From: an uncultured delta proteobacterium
GTDB lineage: Bacteria; Desulfobacterota; Desulfuromonadia; Desulfuromonadales; JACZKF01
Reading direction: 5' to 3'
Assembly (NCBI GenBank): GCA_963816395.1
Contig: CAWFKQ010000007.1
Coordinates: 32,001 to 96,000 of the forward strand
DNA length: 64,000 nucleotides
Made by a program: the position numbers and the translations under genes. The notes below the pieces were generated by a model. That model was not told where the DNA came from and did no database searches. It saw only the letters and a program-made list of their open reading frames with translations. Shown in pieces: positions 20,231 to 32,279 of this stretch. Every line of letters starts with the position of its first letter. Position 1 is the stretch's first letter.

Positions 20231-20306
20231 TGGCTGGGGTGCTAGGATTCGAACCTAGGAAATGACGGAGTCAGAGTCCGTTGCCTTACCGCTTGGCTAC
20301 ACCCCA
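20231..20306 (-). tRNA. tRNA-Gln (CTG)
   Basis: TGGGGTG...ACGGA-CTCTGAC-TCCGT...GGTTCGAATCC...GCCA. Confidence 0.95.
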
Positions 20307-20318
20307 AAAGCGGAGCAA

Positions 20319-20348
20319 ATTACTAGCAGATATCGTTGACCTAGTCAA
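20319..20348 (-). promoter_or_regulatory. Probable sigma-70 promoter for the tRNA pair
   Basis: Minus strand TTGACT-N17-TAGTAA. Confidence 0.5.
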
Positions 20349-20398
20349 GGGGAAACTTCCCCGGGGAAAAAGTCGCCGAGTGCGGCAGTAACGTCCGT

Positions 20399-22553
20399 CT
20401 ACCCTTTGAGCTTAAGGGGTTCTGCCTGATAAGCAGTGTAGTACTGGCTGTGATAGTAGTAATCACTCTTGCGCTGATCGAGGGCATTGACGACAAACCC
20501 AGAATCGGCGCCTTGACTCCGCGCAGCAGCTTGAGGGACCTGCCGGCGATTTCATAGGTGGTCTTGTGGGCCTTGGTGACCACCACGGTGCCGTGGAACA
20601 GGCGGCTGAGGATGCGCGAATCCTCCACCGCCAGCAGCGGCGGCGAATCGCACACGATGATATCGAATTTCTCCTCCAGCAGGCGCAGCAGCTCCTTCAT
20701 GCGGCTGGACATGAGCAATTCGGAAGGGTTGGGGGGGATCGGCCCGGAGGACAGCACGGAGAGGTTGGGCAGTGGTCCGGGTTGCAGCGCCTGGGCAAGG
20801 GACTGCGCATCGGGGTTACAGGTAAGGAGACGGCTCAGGCCGTTGCGGTTACCCAGCCGGAAAATGTCGTGCAGCCGTGGCTTGCGCAGGTCGCCGTCGA
20901 TCAGCACCACGCGGTATTCCGCCTGGGCCATGGCCAGCGCCAGATTGGCGGCCGTGGAGGTTTTCCCCTCACCGGGGAGGGAACTGGTGATGAGGAAACG
21001 CCGCGGCAGTTTGCTGCCGGCCAGCAGAGAAGTCCGCAGGCTCTTGTAACTCTCGGCGACTGCCGACAGCGGATCTTCGAGCACGATCCTTTCCACCTGC
21101 TCCCGGCCGCGCAGCAGCGAGACCGTTCCCAGTACCGGGGTCTGGAAGACCGTCTCCGTATCGTCCGGATCGCGGATGGTGTTGTCGAGATATTCCCGGA
21201 AAAAGGCCATGCCGAGTCCGCCGAAAAGGCCGAGCACGAGACCGAGGGAGAGGTTCAGTGACCTTCATCGGCTTGGCCGGAACGAGGGGGATTCCGGCTT
21301 TTTCCACGACCCAGAGCTTGACCGACTGGCTCTCGCCGGTAATACCCTCTTCATTCATCTTCAGCATCAGGGCATCGAACAGTTTGCGGTTGGTCCCGAC
21401 CTCCCCCTGCATGGTCTGGAATTTAACGAATTTCTCGTTGGCCCGCAGCGCCTCCTCTTTCGTCTGCGCCATCTGCGCCCGCAGGTTTTTCTCGTTGGCC
21501 AGGGCAAGTTCATAGTCGTTGCGGATGGAACGGACGATGCGGTTGATCTCCTGATTCTTCTTCTTCTTGAGAATCTCCAGGTCCCCCTCGGCTTTGAGCA
21601 TGGCCGGATGTTTCGGGCCATATTTGCCGGACAACTCCAGGATGCTTCTTCTCCGCCATCACGATCTGCGCCCGCAGGCTCTGCAGCGCCTGGTCGGAAA
21701 GGACCTGGCTCACCGATTCGGCGGCTTCGGGATCGGTCGCCACCCGTCCCACTTTTGCGGTCAGCACTTCCAGTTCCTTCCGGCGGGCCTCGGCGCTGAC
21801 CAGTTCGGTGGCGATCCGGGAGAGTTTTTCGGGAATCACCGCGAGGCGGTTCTCCAGCGTTAGCATATCGTTCTTTTCAATGTAATCCTGCAGCCCCTGC
21901 TCACCCTTCTTGAGCTTCTGCTCCTCCCCCGCCGCTTTCTGGTTCATGTATTTGACCGAGCTGCGGGAGGTTTCCGCCTTCATCCGGTTGATTTCTTCCA
22001 TATAGGCGTCAACCGTATGATTGACCACCAGGGAGGCGAGATGAGGCTCGGGCGATTCGAAGCTGATCATGACCAGCCGGCTGTTCTCCACCGGCCGGAC
22101 CTTGAGTCCCCTCGCTGATCGATTGGGCCAGCCGATCGTCCGGGTCGGTTGCTGCCTCGGGTTCATCCTTCGGATCCATCCCGACCAATGATTTCACCCA
22201 GGCCACTGGGTGAAACCGGTCCTTATCGTCGGTTGCCGGCAGCAGGGAGAGGACATCTTCCTTCTCCCCGCGCAGCATCTCCACTACCCGGTTGGCGACG
22301 ACCCGGCTTTTAATCACCTGGTACTGGGTCTCGAAGAATTCCGGGTCCCACCGTGTCACACGGCTGCGATCGGTGAGCGTCGTCCGGATCACTGCGGTCG
22401 ATGACGACCTTGGTTTTCGCCTCGTAAACCGGCGTGGCTGGTGAAGGTCACCAGCGCCGCTCCGGCCACGGAGAGGAAAAAGACCAGGAAAAACGCGACA
22501 CGGTTCTTGCGCACAATGCGGTAAATATCCCTGAGATGCAGCTGCTGTTGCAT
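20399..22553 (-). CDS. wzc: Wzc/GumC-type polysaccharide co-polymerase and tyrosine autokinase; several frameshifts
   Basis: FFETQYQVIKSR, KYGPKHP, AESYKSLRT, SSLPGEGKTS, DGDLRKP, DSPP and a Tyr-rich tail DYYYHSQYYTAY across frames. Confidence 0.85.
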
Positions 22554-22586
22554 ATCTGTCTTCCTTCATGGATAGATGCGGAGGGA

Positions 22587-23383
22587 TCAGAAGAAACTCT
22601 CGGGAACGACGATCACGTCGTTGGCCTTAACCTCCTGATGCATGGGGACGTTCTTGAGGACCTGCTCGGCGCCGTTCACCTTGCGGATGATCCGGACCTT
22701 TCCCTTCGATGCCAGATCGGTAAAACCGCCGGCCTTGGTAATGGCGGTGATCACGGTGGTGTCCGACTCCAGCTTATAGGAATTCGGCTTGTTGACCTGG
22801 CCGGTGACGTAAAAAACGCCGGCCTGATTGACCAGGATGCTGTCACCGTCCCGGATTTCCACATCCAGCGCGGCATCGCCGCGCTCCATGAGCGTCTGCA
22901 GATTGACCTTGATGATTTCTTCCCCCCGGAGCTGTTCGCCCGGCGCTTGATGGTCACGGTGTCATCGGCATCCGGAGTCACCCCGCCCGCCTTGGAGATG
23001 AGCTGCAGCAGGGTGGTATGTCCGCTGAGTTCATACAGGCCCGGGGTTTTAACCTGCCCCATGATGACGGCTTTCTGGCTGCGGAATTCTTCCACGAAGA
23101 CGGAGACCTGGGGGTTGATCAGGTAACCGGCGGCCAGGCGGCCGGCGATCACCTCCGCCGCTCGGCCGACGGACAGGCCGCCGATCGATATCGAGCCGAT
23201 CAGCGGGAAAGGGATGGTGCCGTCGGTGTTCACCCGGGCCCGGGTTTCCAGGTCGGGATTGTCGTACACCGTAACGCGAACGATATCCCCGGCTCCCACC
23301 CGATAGTGGGCATCGGCGGTTTCGCCCCAGGCGGCGCTCAGGGTGAACCAGCTGACAAGAAGAATTAAAGCGAGGTACTTCAT
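22587..23383 (-). CDS. wza: Polysaccharide export protein (Wza/OPX, Poly_export + SLBB); frameshift near 22920
   Basis: YRVGAGD, DGTIPFPLIG, GQVKTPG, two SLBB repeats, ends PESFF. Confidence 0.85.
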
Positions 23384-23410
23384 TTTTCCGTCCTTCCCTG
23401 CATCGCGGTG

Positions 23411-24768
23411 CTATAGCGCCGCGGTAATGGTCAGATAGACTGTGTTGTTGGTGTAATCGAAATTGTCGAAATTCGAATTCCGATCCAGATAAATGTACCC
23501 GAGCCCGAAATTGAGCCAGGGGCGAAACAGGTAGCCTAAACCGACCCGGGCGCCATAGTTGTCGTCCGTCCGCTCGCCCGTCTCACCATTGCTGGTGATA
23601 TCTCCCTGGTAGGCTTCCCGGGTGTAGTTGAGGTCGACCGCTGCCGTCCAGCGGGGTGCCAACCTCTGCCGATAGCCGAGCAGCAGCCGATGCGACAGGA
23701 TGGAGCTGGTGTCGGCGATGTCGGTCTCTTCGACCCGGCGGGTGAACTGGAGATAGGCCGAGGTCTTCGGGGTGAAGCGGTGGTCCAGGCGGGCCTCGCC
23801 GATGAGATCGTTCCGGTTGTCTCCCTGGTCGACCTCCCGCAGTCCGTAGCCGACTTTGACGGTTCCGCGCGACTTGCTGGTGATATCCCAGAGGATGCCA
23901 GTCAGGAAAGTGGTGCTCCGTGCTGTCGGACAGGATATTTTCCCGATAATCGATATTGATGTAAGTCGTACTGCAGCAGGGCCGACGTTTTCGGCAGCAC
24001 GCGGTGGAACAGGAACAGGGAAGCGACCAGGTCGTCACGCTCGCGGAAACCGTTCCTTGCCGATTGTCGTATTCCAGGCTGTAGTGGGAGATATCGGCGC
24101 GCACCCGGGTTTTCGGGGTGATCCGGTAATTGGCCAGGAACTGGACGAGATTGGAGGTAAACTTGTCCAGTTTACGCGGGTTCTGGGCCCGTGCCATACG
24201 GGTCGTGGTCGATCTGGAAGATATCCAGCAGTTCGAGGGACAACCCGCCACGAAAATTCACGTTGAGCAATCCCTCGGCCCGTTGATAAACGTTGTCGTC
24301 CTCGGAGAAATGGGCGTGTTCGGTTGATATCCGCCCGGTACAAGTCCATACCCCTGGAAACGCCGCCGCACCTCCATCGGGAAACGGGTGACCTCCAACC
24401 CTCCCGGAGCGGAGTTATATGTCGTCACCTGCAGCGGCTGGCGGTTGCTGGCGGGAAAGGAAGCCCAGAGGCCGGGCGAAATGACTGTTATCCAGTCATC
24501 CTCTTCGTTATCCGGTACGTTGAACAGGTTGTCGGTATAGTACTCCCCCACCGAGAGGAAGGGATGCAGGTAGCCGGTCCGGCCGCCGAAAAGCTCCCCC
24601 ATCCCCGCCTGCTCGGCTAAGGTAGGAAGGGAGGTAACCGACTTCGGCCAGGTCCGTCGCTACCGCTTCGACCGGATTTCCCGCGTCCGTCTCGGCCGCC
24701 TGGGGTTGCGTCAGGCAGAGGAGGGTCACTATCAATGCCGCTATGCCGACTCCAATAAATCTCTCCAT
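23411..24768 (-). CDS. EPS-associated outer membrane beta-barrel protein; multiple frameshifts
   Basis: Signal peptide, LHPFLSVGEYYTDN, DWITVISPG, C-terminal RNSN...DYTNN pattern. Confidence 0.7.
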
Positions 24769-24858
24769 GCTTCCTTTCATTCCAATTAAATATATATTTA
24801 TCTTCATAACAGAGGACCGTACGGGTTGTCAATGGACACAACCGGAAATGTCCCCGTT

Positions 24859-26795
24859 TCAACCGGTAGGCGCGACGGATTCGATCCCGACTCGGCACAT
24901 GGGTGGGCTGCAGGCGCAGACGCTCTGCAGGCTCCCGCACCCGTGGCGGGGAGTTAGAGTCGGAATTCGGGAACGATTTCCCGCAACTGGTGAGCACCTG
25001 CTCCGGATTCCCCCTCTGGACAGCCTGAGCCAGTCGCTCCAGGCGGCTGCCGAGGAGATCGAAATTACAGGGGGTCGAGCGGGCAACCCTGATTTTCGCA
25101 TGGCACGTCGGCAGGATCCCTTCACCGGCCAGCAAAAGCTCCTCATGGAGTTTTTCCCCAGGTCGAAGCCCGGTAAACACGATCCGGATATCCTGGTGCA
25201 CCCGCAGTCCCGACAGGCGGATCATCTCCTCGGCCAGCTGAACGATCTTCACCGGCTCCCCCATATCGAGCAGGAAGATTTCCCCACCTTTTCCCATGCT
25301 GCCGGCCTGAAGAACCAGCTGCACCGCCTCCGGAATGGTCATGAAAAAACGGGTCACCTCCGGATGGGTGACGGTTATCGGCCCGCCCCGCTCGATCTGC
25401 CGCCGGAAAATCGGCACCACGCTGCCGTTGCTGCCGAGGACATTGCCGAAGCGCACCGTCACCAGGTGGGTGGCGCTGCGCCGGGCCAGCGCCTGGACGT
25501 AGAGCTCGGCCGCCCGCTTGCTGGCGCCCATGGCATTGGTCGGATTCACGGCCTTGTCGGTGGAGACCATGACGAACTTCTCCGCCCCGAACTCATCGGC
25601 GGCTTCGACGAGGACGCGCGTGCCTAAGACATTATTGCCGATCGCCTCGACCGGATTGCACTCGGACATCGGCACATGTTTGTAAGCCGCGGCATGAAAA
25701 ATCACCTGCGGGCCGCCACTTCGCGAACAGTGCCCGGATGCTGCCACGGTTGCGGATATCGCCAAGCTTAGGCACCAGGTCCAGGCCGGGCCAGACTTCC
25801 CGCAGCTCATTTTCGATTTCGAACAGCGGGGTTTCGGCATGATCGAAGAGAATGAGCTGGGCGGGGTCGAAAGGGGTGATCTGGCGGCAGATCTCGCTGC
25901 CGATGCTGCCGGCGGCTCCGGTCACCAGGATCCGTTTCCCCGCCAGGTAATTACGGATCCCTTCGATATCGAGGTGAACCTGGGGACGCCCGAGCAGATC
26001 CTCGACCTGCACATCCCTGATCTGGCGAATCGACACTTCGCCGCTGAGGATGGTGCCGACGGCAGGCAGGATTTTGGACTGGACACCAGCCCGCCGGCAG
26101 GTCTCGACGATCTTCTGCAGGGTTCGCGAGCCCACCGCGGTCTGAGCGATGATGACCTGATCGATCCGTTCCCGCGCAAGGATGCGGGGAAGGTCACGGG
26201 GCGTACCGAGTACCGGTATCCCCTGGAACGACATCTTCTGCCGCTCGGGGTCGGAATCGATCAGGCCCGCCACCGACATTTTCAGGTGCGGGTTCTGATG
26301 GATCTCCCGGACGAAGGTCTGACCGACGCCACCGGCCCCGACCACCAGGACCGTCTGGTGTTCCCGCAGCCCTTTGCGCAAAGTCTCGATCTTTTCGCGG
26401 AGCATCCTGGCGCTGACCCGCACCCCGCCCATCAGCAGAAAGCAGATCATCCCGTCGAGAATCAGCACCGAGCGTGGGAAATAGCTGAAGCGATAGGCGG
26501 CAACGGCCATGGGCGCGAAAACGACCGAGCCGAAAGCGCTGGCTCGCAGGACCACCAGCAGATCCGGAAGGGAAACATAACGCCACCAGCCGGAGAAAAG
26601 CCCCATCCGCCAGAAAATCGCCAGCTTGATGACGATGAGCGGCGGGACCAGCCAGAGGGCCGCCTGCAGATAGTTTTCGGGAATCGACAGATCAAAGCGC
26701 AGCAGGTAAGCCATGGCAAAGGAACTGAGGACGATCAGCACCTGGATGATCAGGATGACGCATTTCCGGCTGCCGTTGTTCAGGAGCATTTCCAT
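24859..26795 (-). CDS. Membrane-anchored UDP-GlcNAc 4,6-dehydratase (WbpM/PglF/CapD family); frameshifted
   Basis: LLRFD TM region, TGAAGSIGSE, HAAAYKHVP, STDKAVNP, RFGNVLGS, GLRPGEKL; 3' end approximate. Confidence 0.9.
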
Positions 26796-26834
26796 TCGTC
26801 GGATCCTGTAGTAAGAGCCGTAATCCCGAAATCC

Positions 26835-28059
26835 TTATCGGGTAGCCTGGGCCAGGACCTTGGCAACCGCTACGCCGGTCCGTTCCAGGTCGACATCGGC
26901 AAGGGTGGGATGGACCAGGAACATCAGGCTGCTCTCCCCCAGGGCGCGCGCCACCGGCAGGCGCTCGCCTGGCGAAAAGCACCCGGCGAAAGCCTTTTCC
27001 AGGTAAATTTCGCTGCAACTGCCGCTGAAGCAGGGAATCCCCTCGGCTTGTACGGCAGCCATTATCCGGTCACGATCCCACCCCGGACGAAGGCGTTCGG
27101 GGCGCAGGAACGCGTAAAATTTGTAGTAAGAATGAAAAATTTCGGCAGGCGGCTGGGGGACTCGCAAGGCCGGGCAGCCGACGAAAAGCCGCGGTCAGCT
27201 GCGCGGCATTCCGCCGCCGGATCACCACCCATCCGGGAAGCTGATCGAGCATGACCCGACCGATAGCCGCCTGCATTTCGGTCATCCGCCAGTTGGTGCC
27301 GAAGGACTTCATGCAGCCAGCGGAAACCGGCAGGATGCGGCTGGCGGTGAACAGGCCTCGTAGCTCTTGCCGTGATCCTTGAAGGCCCAGGCCCTCTCCC
27401 AGAGCTCGGGGTCGCTGGTCGTCAGCATCCCTCCCTCGCCGCCGGTGGTCATGATCTTGTCCTGGCAGAAGGAAAAGGCGGCCGCATCGGCCCAGCGAGC
27501 CGACCGGCCTTCCCTTGTAGCTGGCGCCATGCGCCTGGGCGCAGTCCTCGATCACCTTGAGCCCATGCTCGCGGGCCAGCGCCATGATCGGATCCATGTC
27601 GCAGGGCCAGCCGGCCAGGTGCACGGCGATGATCGCTCGGGTGCGCGGTGAGAGCCGGCGGCGGATGGTGTCGGCCGTCAGGTTCTGGCTGTCCGGATCG
27701 ACATCGGCGATGACCGGCACCGCGCCGCGCATGACCACGCAGCTGGCGGAGGCGATAAAGGTCCGGCTGGTGGTGATGACTTCATCGCCGGGCCCGATCC
27801 CCAGGGCCTGCAGGGCCAGTTCCAGGGCGACCGTGCCGTTGGCCACCGCCATGGCATGGGTGGTGCCGACGAAGCTGGCGAATTCCGTCTCGAATTGCCG
27901 CCCCTCCTCCCCCGTCCAGTAATTCACCCGCCCCGATTGCAGAACTCTGATCGCGGCCGAAATTTCCCTTTCGCCGAAGACCGGCCAGGGAGCAAATGAC
28001 GGGGAGGGGGGGGCAATAGGCTGCTGCAGGGGAACATGGGCCGCATTGGGCAGGGTCAT
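26835..28059 (-). CDS. DegT/DnrJ/EryC1/StrS sugar aminotransferase; frameshifted
   Basis: ANGTVAL, IEDCAQAHG, FSFCQDKIMTTGGEGG, GTNWRMTE. Confidence 0.9.
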
Positions 28060-28358
28060 AATGGTATTCTCTACATTAATTTATTTTATTTTTTACATTC
28101 CTCCCTATCATTCCAAAACTCGGACTGAAATCAATTGGCGGAAAGTTGTAATTCCGAAATTTATTTTTCTATATCAAGGTCTTATAATCTTTTAAAACTT
28201 TAGTTAATTCATGAAAGGCAGGGGGAATTCTCTTGAGGTGGGGTTCCAGGGTTCGAGGGCTCGGAAGGAAAAAATCGGCGAAAATAGAGAACTTCCCCGG
28301 CCGACCATCCAACCGGCTGCTTCGACCAAGGAAGGGTAGACCGGGTTTCCGGGTGATT

Positions 28359-29042
28359 TCAGATCGAGGGAAAGGTCATGGTCCGGCCGGCTGCTCTCCC
28401 CTGGCGTTCCCGATCCAGGTCGGTCTCCGCCGTATCCGTATCGGCGGCCACCCCTTCCCGCCGCAGGACTTTCCAGACGGTCAGGACGAGAATACGCAGG
28501 TCGAGAGCGATCGACCAATTTTCGACATACCAGACGTCAAGCGCCAGCCGCTCATCCCAGGGGAGATAATTGCGGCCGTTGATCTGCGCCCAGCCGGTGA
28601 GCCCGGGCGGGACGGCATGCCGCAGCCGCTCCCTGGCGGTGAAATAGGGTAGGTACTGCAGCAGCAGGGGGCGGGGGCCGACCAGGCTGAGGTCGCCCCG
28701 CAGGATGTTGAACAGCTCCGGCAGCTCGTCCAGGCTCGTTTCCCGCAGAAATCGTCCCAGCCGCGTCAGCCGCTCCCCATCCGGAAGCAGTTCGCCGCGC
28801 TCGTTGCGGGCGTCGGTCATCGTCCGGAACTTGAAGAGCGTGAACGGTTTTTCGTCTTTCCCGGGGCGCCGCTGGCGGAACAGCACCGGGGTGCCGAGAC
28901 GCAGCCGCACCAGTATGGCGATCATTGCCGTCAGGGGGAGCAGGACCACGCAAGCGGGGAGGACAAGGATCAGATCCAGTACCCGTTTCCCTGACTGACG
29001 CCGATGGCCGGCGGACTCACTCCTTGGCCCGAACCGTTTCAT
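28359..29042 (-). CDS. Initiating phosphoglycosyl transferase (bacterial sugar transferase, PglC-like)
   Basis: KRVLD, FKFRTM, SLDELP, GDLSLVGPRP, PGLTGWAQ; start approximate. Confidence 0.9.
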   Translation of the reverse strand: MKRFGPRSESAGHRRQSGKRVLDLILVLPACVVLLPLTAMIAILVRLRLGTPVLFRQRRPGKDEKPFTLFKFRTMTDARNERGELLPDGERLTRLGRFLRETSLDELPELFNILRGDLSLVGPRPLLLQYLPYFTARERLRHAVPPGLTGWAQINGRNYLPWDERLALDVWYVENWSIALDLRILVLTVWKVLRREGVAADTDTAETDLDRERQGRAAGRTMTFPSI

Positions 29043-29652
29043 GGAATATAAACCTCCGCACGATCCAGCGCGGCAGCTCGCGGTAACCGGCCATCCGGTG
29101 CATCCACAAGGCGGGCGTGTTATGGGCGACGAAGCAGCCGTAAGCCTTATGCATCCCCTTTTCCCGCATGCGCTGCAGCACGCTGCCAAGGAAATAGGCC
29201 GTCAGACCGCCGCCGCGCTGGTCGGGATTGACCTGCAGGTCAAACATATAAATTTCATCGTCGGCCAACTCGATGCCGAACCATTGCAGGTGGGGGTGGA
29301 TCGTGGAAGACCGGGCGGTTTTCCGGGTGACGTACCAGACGTCCCCGATCACCTCGCCGTCCCGGACCATGGCGAGCAACCGATAGCCGCGCCGGAAGTA
29401 ATGGGGCATCCGCTCCCGGCGGCTGCGCACCGGAAAGCGCAGACGCACGGATTGGAAATTCTCCGGGCCTATTTCCACCAGGGGGAGGGGGCCTCCCGAC
29501 GGTGCCCGTACCGGGCGGAGGGAGGTCAGGTCCTTCTCCGTCGGTACCATCTCTTCGTATTTGTAGCAGCTGATCCGGCAGGCCGAGAGAAATCCCTGCT
29601 GCCGCGAATGTTCAAGGAACTGAAAGTACCGGGTCCGCAACTGCGAGAGCAT
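29017..29652 (-). CDS. GNAT-family acyltransferase
   Basis: YMFDLQVNPDQRGGGL (motif A), NTPALWMHRMAGY (motif B). Confidence 0.75.
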   Translation of the reverse strand: MLSQLRTRYFQFLEHSRQQGFLSACRISCYKYEEMVPTEKDLTSLRPVRAPSGGPLPLVEIGPENFQSVRLRFPVRSRRERMPHYFRRGYRLLAMVRDGEVIGDVWYVTRKTARSSTIHPHLQWFGIELADDEIYMFDLQVNPDQRGGGLTAYFLGSVLQRMREKGMHKAYGCFVAHNTPALWMHRMAGYRELPRWIVRRFIFHETVRAKE

Positions 29653-30712
29653 CTGTCTCCTCCTCCCTGGCGAATAGGATATCCGCATTGACGCCGGCGA
29701 TTCGGACGAACAGCTCGTCCGGGCGCCGGCATTTGCGCTCCAACAGCCAATAGAGCTTGACAGCCGCCTTCCAGGCGGCCTCGTACCGGGCATCGGAGCC
29801 GAAGACAATCCGCTCCGGCTCCACTTTCTCCAGAATTATGCTCAGGACATCCGCCGGCAGGGCCGAGATGTCGACCAGCAGATGCGGGAATCGGTTCAGA
29901 AGGGATAGAAGCCGGGGCAGCACCCGGTGTTCTGCCTCCCCGGCTTCGAGACTGTAGGCGCCGGCATGGGCGATGACCACCGGCCGGTCGGTCAGACCGA
30001 AATCAAGGCGGGCGAGATGTTCGATATCCGCGAAATGCGCCGCTCCCCGATCGGGCGCCAGCGGGCTGGGACCGCCGTGGATGATCACCGGCAGCGCGGT
30101 CCGGCCGGATGCCGCCAGCAGCGCTTCCAGGCGTTCCCGCCCTTCGGCCGCCGTCAGATCATGCCCCGACAGATTGGGATGGACCTTCAGCACCTCGATG
30201 CCGTAAAGGGCCGCCGCCCGCCGCACGTCCGCCTCCACCGCCACGGGTTCCAGGGTATTCGGCAGGGAATAGCCGAGGAGGAAGCGCGGGTCGCCGCCGA
30301 ACATCGCCGCCGCCTCCGCCATCCGCGCTTCGGCGGTCCGGCCCGGCGGCGCCACCGGCAGGAGGACGGTTCGCCCGATCCCTGCCATCGCCGTCTCCTC
30401 CCCCCACACCCGGGGTCCGGTATGGACATACAGGCGGCGCATGGCCAGGAGCAGCATCCGCTCGCGCAGATCCGGGATGCCGCCGGGCGGCGGCGCGGCG
30501 GGCGGCTCGAGATGGATCGCGGCGCTCGCCGGCGGCAGATAGCAGACCTCGCCCGTGCTGTAGACACCCGCATGGTGCGGATTGAGCGCATAGCGCCCCT
30601 CGTCGAAGAGCACCTCGAAGGGATGCGCGTGGGCATCGGTCAGGCGCACCGAGCCGCCGATATCCCGCAGGATTTCCAGATAGCGGTCGACAGCGGCCTT
30701 ATCCAGTCGCAT
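29612..30712 (-). CDS. Amidohydrolase_2 family metalloenzyme
   Basis: DAHAH, LKVHP, IIHGG, IAHAG, VFGSD. Confidence 0.8.
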   Translation of the reverse strand: MRLDKAAVDRYLEILRDIGGSVRLTDAHAHPFEVLFDEGRYALNPHHAGVYSTGEVCYLPPASAAIHLEPPAAPPPGGIPDLRERMLLLAMRRLYVHTGPRVWGEETAMAGIGRTVLLPVAPPGRTAEARMAEAAAMFGGDPRFLLGYSLPNTLEPVAVEADVRRAAALYGIEVLKVHPNLSGHDLTAAEGRERLEALLAASGRTALPVIIHGGPSPLAPDRGAAHFADIEHLARLDFGLTDRPVVIAHAGAYSLEAGEAEHRVLPRLLSLLNRFPHLLVDISALPADVLSIILEKVEPERIVFGSDARYEAAWKAAVKLYWLLERKCRRPDELFVRIAGVNADILFAREEETDALAVADPVLSVP

Positions 30713-32279
30713 GGCGTCCCTCCGCCGCCAGAAGCCGCAACGACTCCCGGTCGATCTTGCCGCGCCCGCAGCGCGGCAGCCCGGCGACCGGCAGCAGGCG
30801 GCGCGGCAGCATGTAGCCGGGCAACCGGTTACGCAACTGCTGGAGGATGCTGGCCGGGTCGACCGCTCCCGCTGCTTCGAAAAAGGCGATCAGCTCGGTG
30901 ATGCCCCCCCGATCCGCGGCGATGACCGCCGCCTCCCCTACCCCGTCGACAGCGCGCAGGGCCTGCTCGATTTCCCCCAGCTCGATCCGGTAGCCCATGA
31001 TCTTGACCTGGTGATCGAGCCGGCCGATAAATTCAAAATGGCCTTCCGGCCGCTGCACCACCAGATCCCCGGTGCGATACCAGGTTCCCGCCGGGCCGCC
31101 GAACGGCGCCGCCTGGACGAAGGATTTTGCGGTCCGCTCCGGATCGTTCAGGTAACCCGTCCCCAGCCCCGGGCCGGACAGCAGCAGTTCACCGGCCGCA
31201 CCGGCGCCGACCGCCTGCAGGGCGTCATCGACCACCGCGGCCCGCATTCCCTTGCAGGGCGAGCCGATGGGAATGCGTTCACCGGCGCCCGCCGGGATCC
31301 GCGCTACCGGGTAGTACAGGGAGATGCCCGTGGCTTCCGTCGGTCCGTAGGCGTTGCAGAAAAACTTCTCCGGGAAGGTCTCCATCCAGCGGATCAGCGA
31401 ACGGGCGGGCAGCGCCTCACCGCTGAAGATGATGCGGCTCAGCCCCGGTACGCGCCCCGGTGCCAGCACCCCGCCGCGCTCCAGGTAGAGCAGGAGAGAG
31501 GAGATCCCCTTCCAGAGGGTGACCCGTTCCCGTTCCATAAAGGCCAGCAGCTTTTCCGGGAAAAGGGTCATCGCCTCGTCCGCCAGGCAGAGGCCGGCGC
31601 CGGTCTTGACCGCGCACCAGAGGTCGAAGGTGGACATGTCGAAATGAAACGGGGCGGTGCCGAGGATGCGATCTCCGGCCTGGATGGCGAAGCAGTCGAC
31701 CGCCCAGTCGATGTAGTTGCGCACGTTGCGGTGGCTGATCATGACCCCCTTTGGCGTCCCGGTTGAACCGGAGGTATAGAGAATGTACGCCAGATCGTCG
31801 GGGGTGAGTTCCGGAGCGAGCGGGGCCGCCGGGCCATACTGCCGATACGCCGGGAATGCCGTCCCGGCAGCCGCCGGCGAACAGTCGGCGTCCTTCAGGT
31901 CGACGGTGGGAATGGTCCCGGCCACCGTTGCCAGCGGCTGGAGGGTGTGGCTGTCGCCCAGCAGGAGCCGGGGGGCGCAGTCGGCCACGATCCGCCGCCA
32001 GCGCTCCGGCGGCGATTTCGGATCGAGAGGAACGTAGGCGGCGCCGGCCTGCAGGATGCCGAGGATCGCCGGGAGGAATTCGGGGGAGCGGCGCAGGCAG
32101 ACCACCACCCGATCGCCGCGGCCGACGCCGGCGGCGGTCAGCAAGCGGGCCAGCCGATCCGAGCGCGCGGCCACTTCCCCCCAGGAGAGGGCGGTCCGGC
32201 CATCGGTGACCGCCACCTGGTCCGGCGGCGCGCCGGCGGCCGCCAGGTAGTCTTGCAGGAGGCCGGAATCGGTGCTCAT
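30699..32279 (-). CDS. Stand-alone amino acid adenylation enzyme (carrier-protein ligase)
   Basis: GAAYVPLD, YTSGSTGTPKG, FHFDMS, NAYGPTE, YRTGD, VKIMGYRIELGEIE, GKIDR. Confidence 0.9.
   Translation of the reverse strand: MSTDSGLLQDYLAAAGAPPDQVAVTDGRTALSWGEVAARSDRLARLLTAAGVGRGDRVVVCLRRSPEFLPAILGILQAGAAYVPLDPKSPPERWRRIVADCAPRLLLGDSHTLQPLATVAGTIPTVDLKDADCSPAAAGTAFPAYRQYGPAAPLAPELTPDDLAYILYTSGSTGTPKGVMISHRNVRNYIDWAVDCFAIQAGDRILGTAPFHFDMSTFDLWCAVKTGAGLCLADEAMTLFPEKLLAFMERERVTLWKGISSLLLYLERGGVLAPGRVPGLSRIIFSGEALPARSLIRWMETFPEKFFCNAYGPTEATGISLYYPVARIPAGAGERIPIGSPCKGMRAAVVDDALQAVGAGAAGELLLSGPGLGTGYLNDPERTAKSFVQAAPFGGPAGTWYRTGDLVVQRPEGHFEFIGRLDHQVKIMGYRIELGEIEQALRAVDGVGEAAVIAADRGGITELIAFFEAAGAVDPASILQQLRNRLPGYMLPRRLLPVAGLPRCGRGKIDRESLRLLAAEGRHATG

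Noticed and set aside
20336..20348. TTGAC-CTA-GTCAA palindrome resembling an Fnr/HcpR box over the tRNA promoter
   Set aside because: Spacer is 3 rather than 4 nt and one half is simply the -35 hexamer
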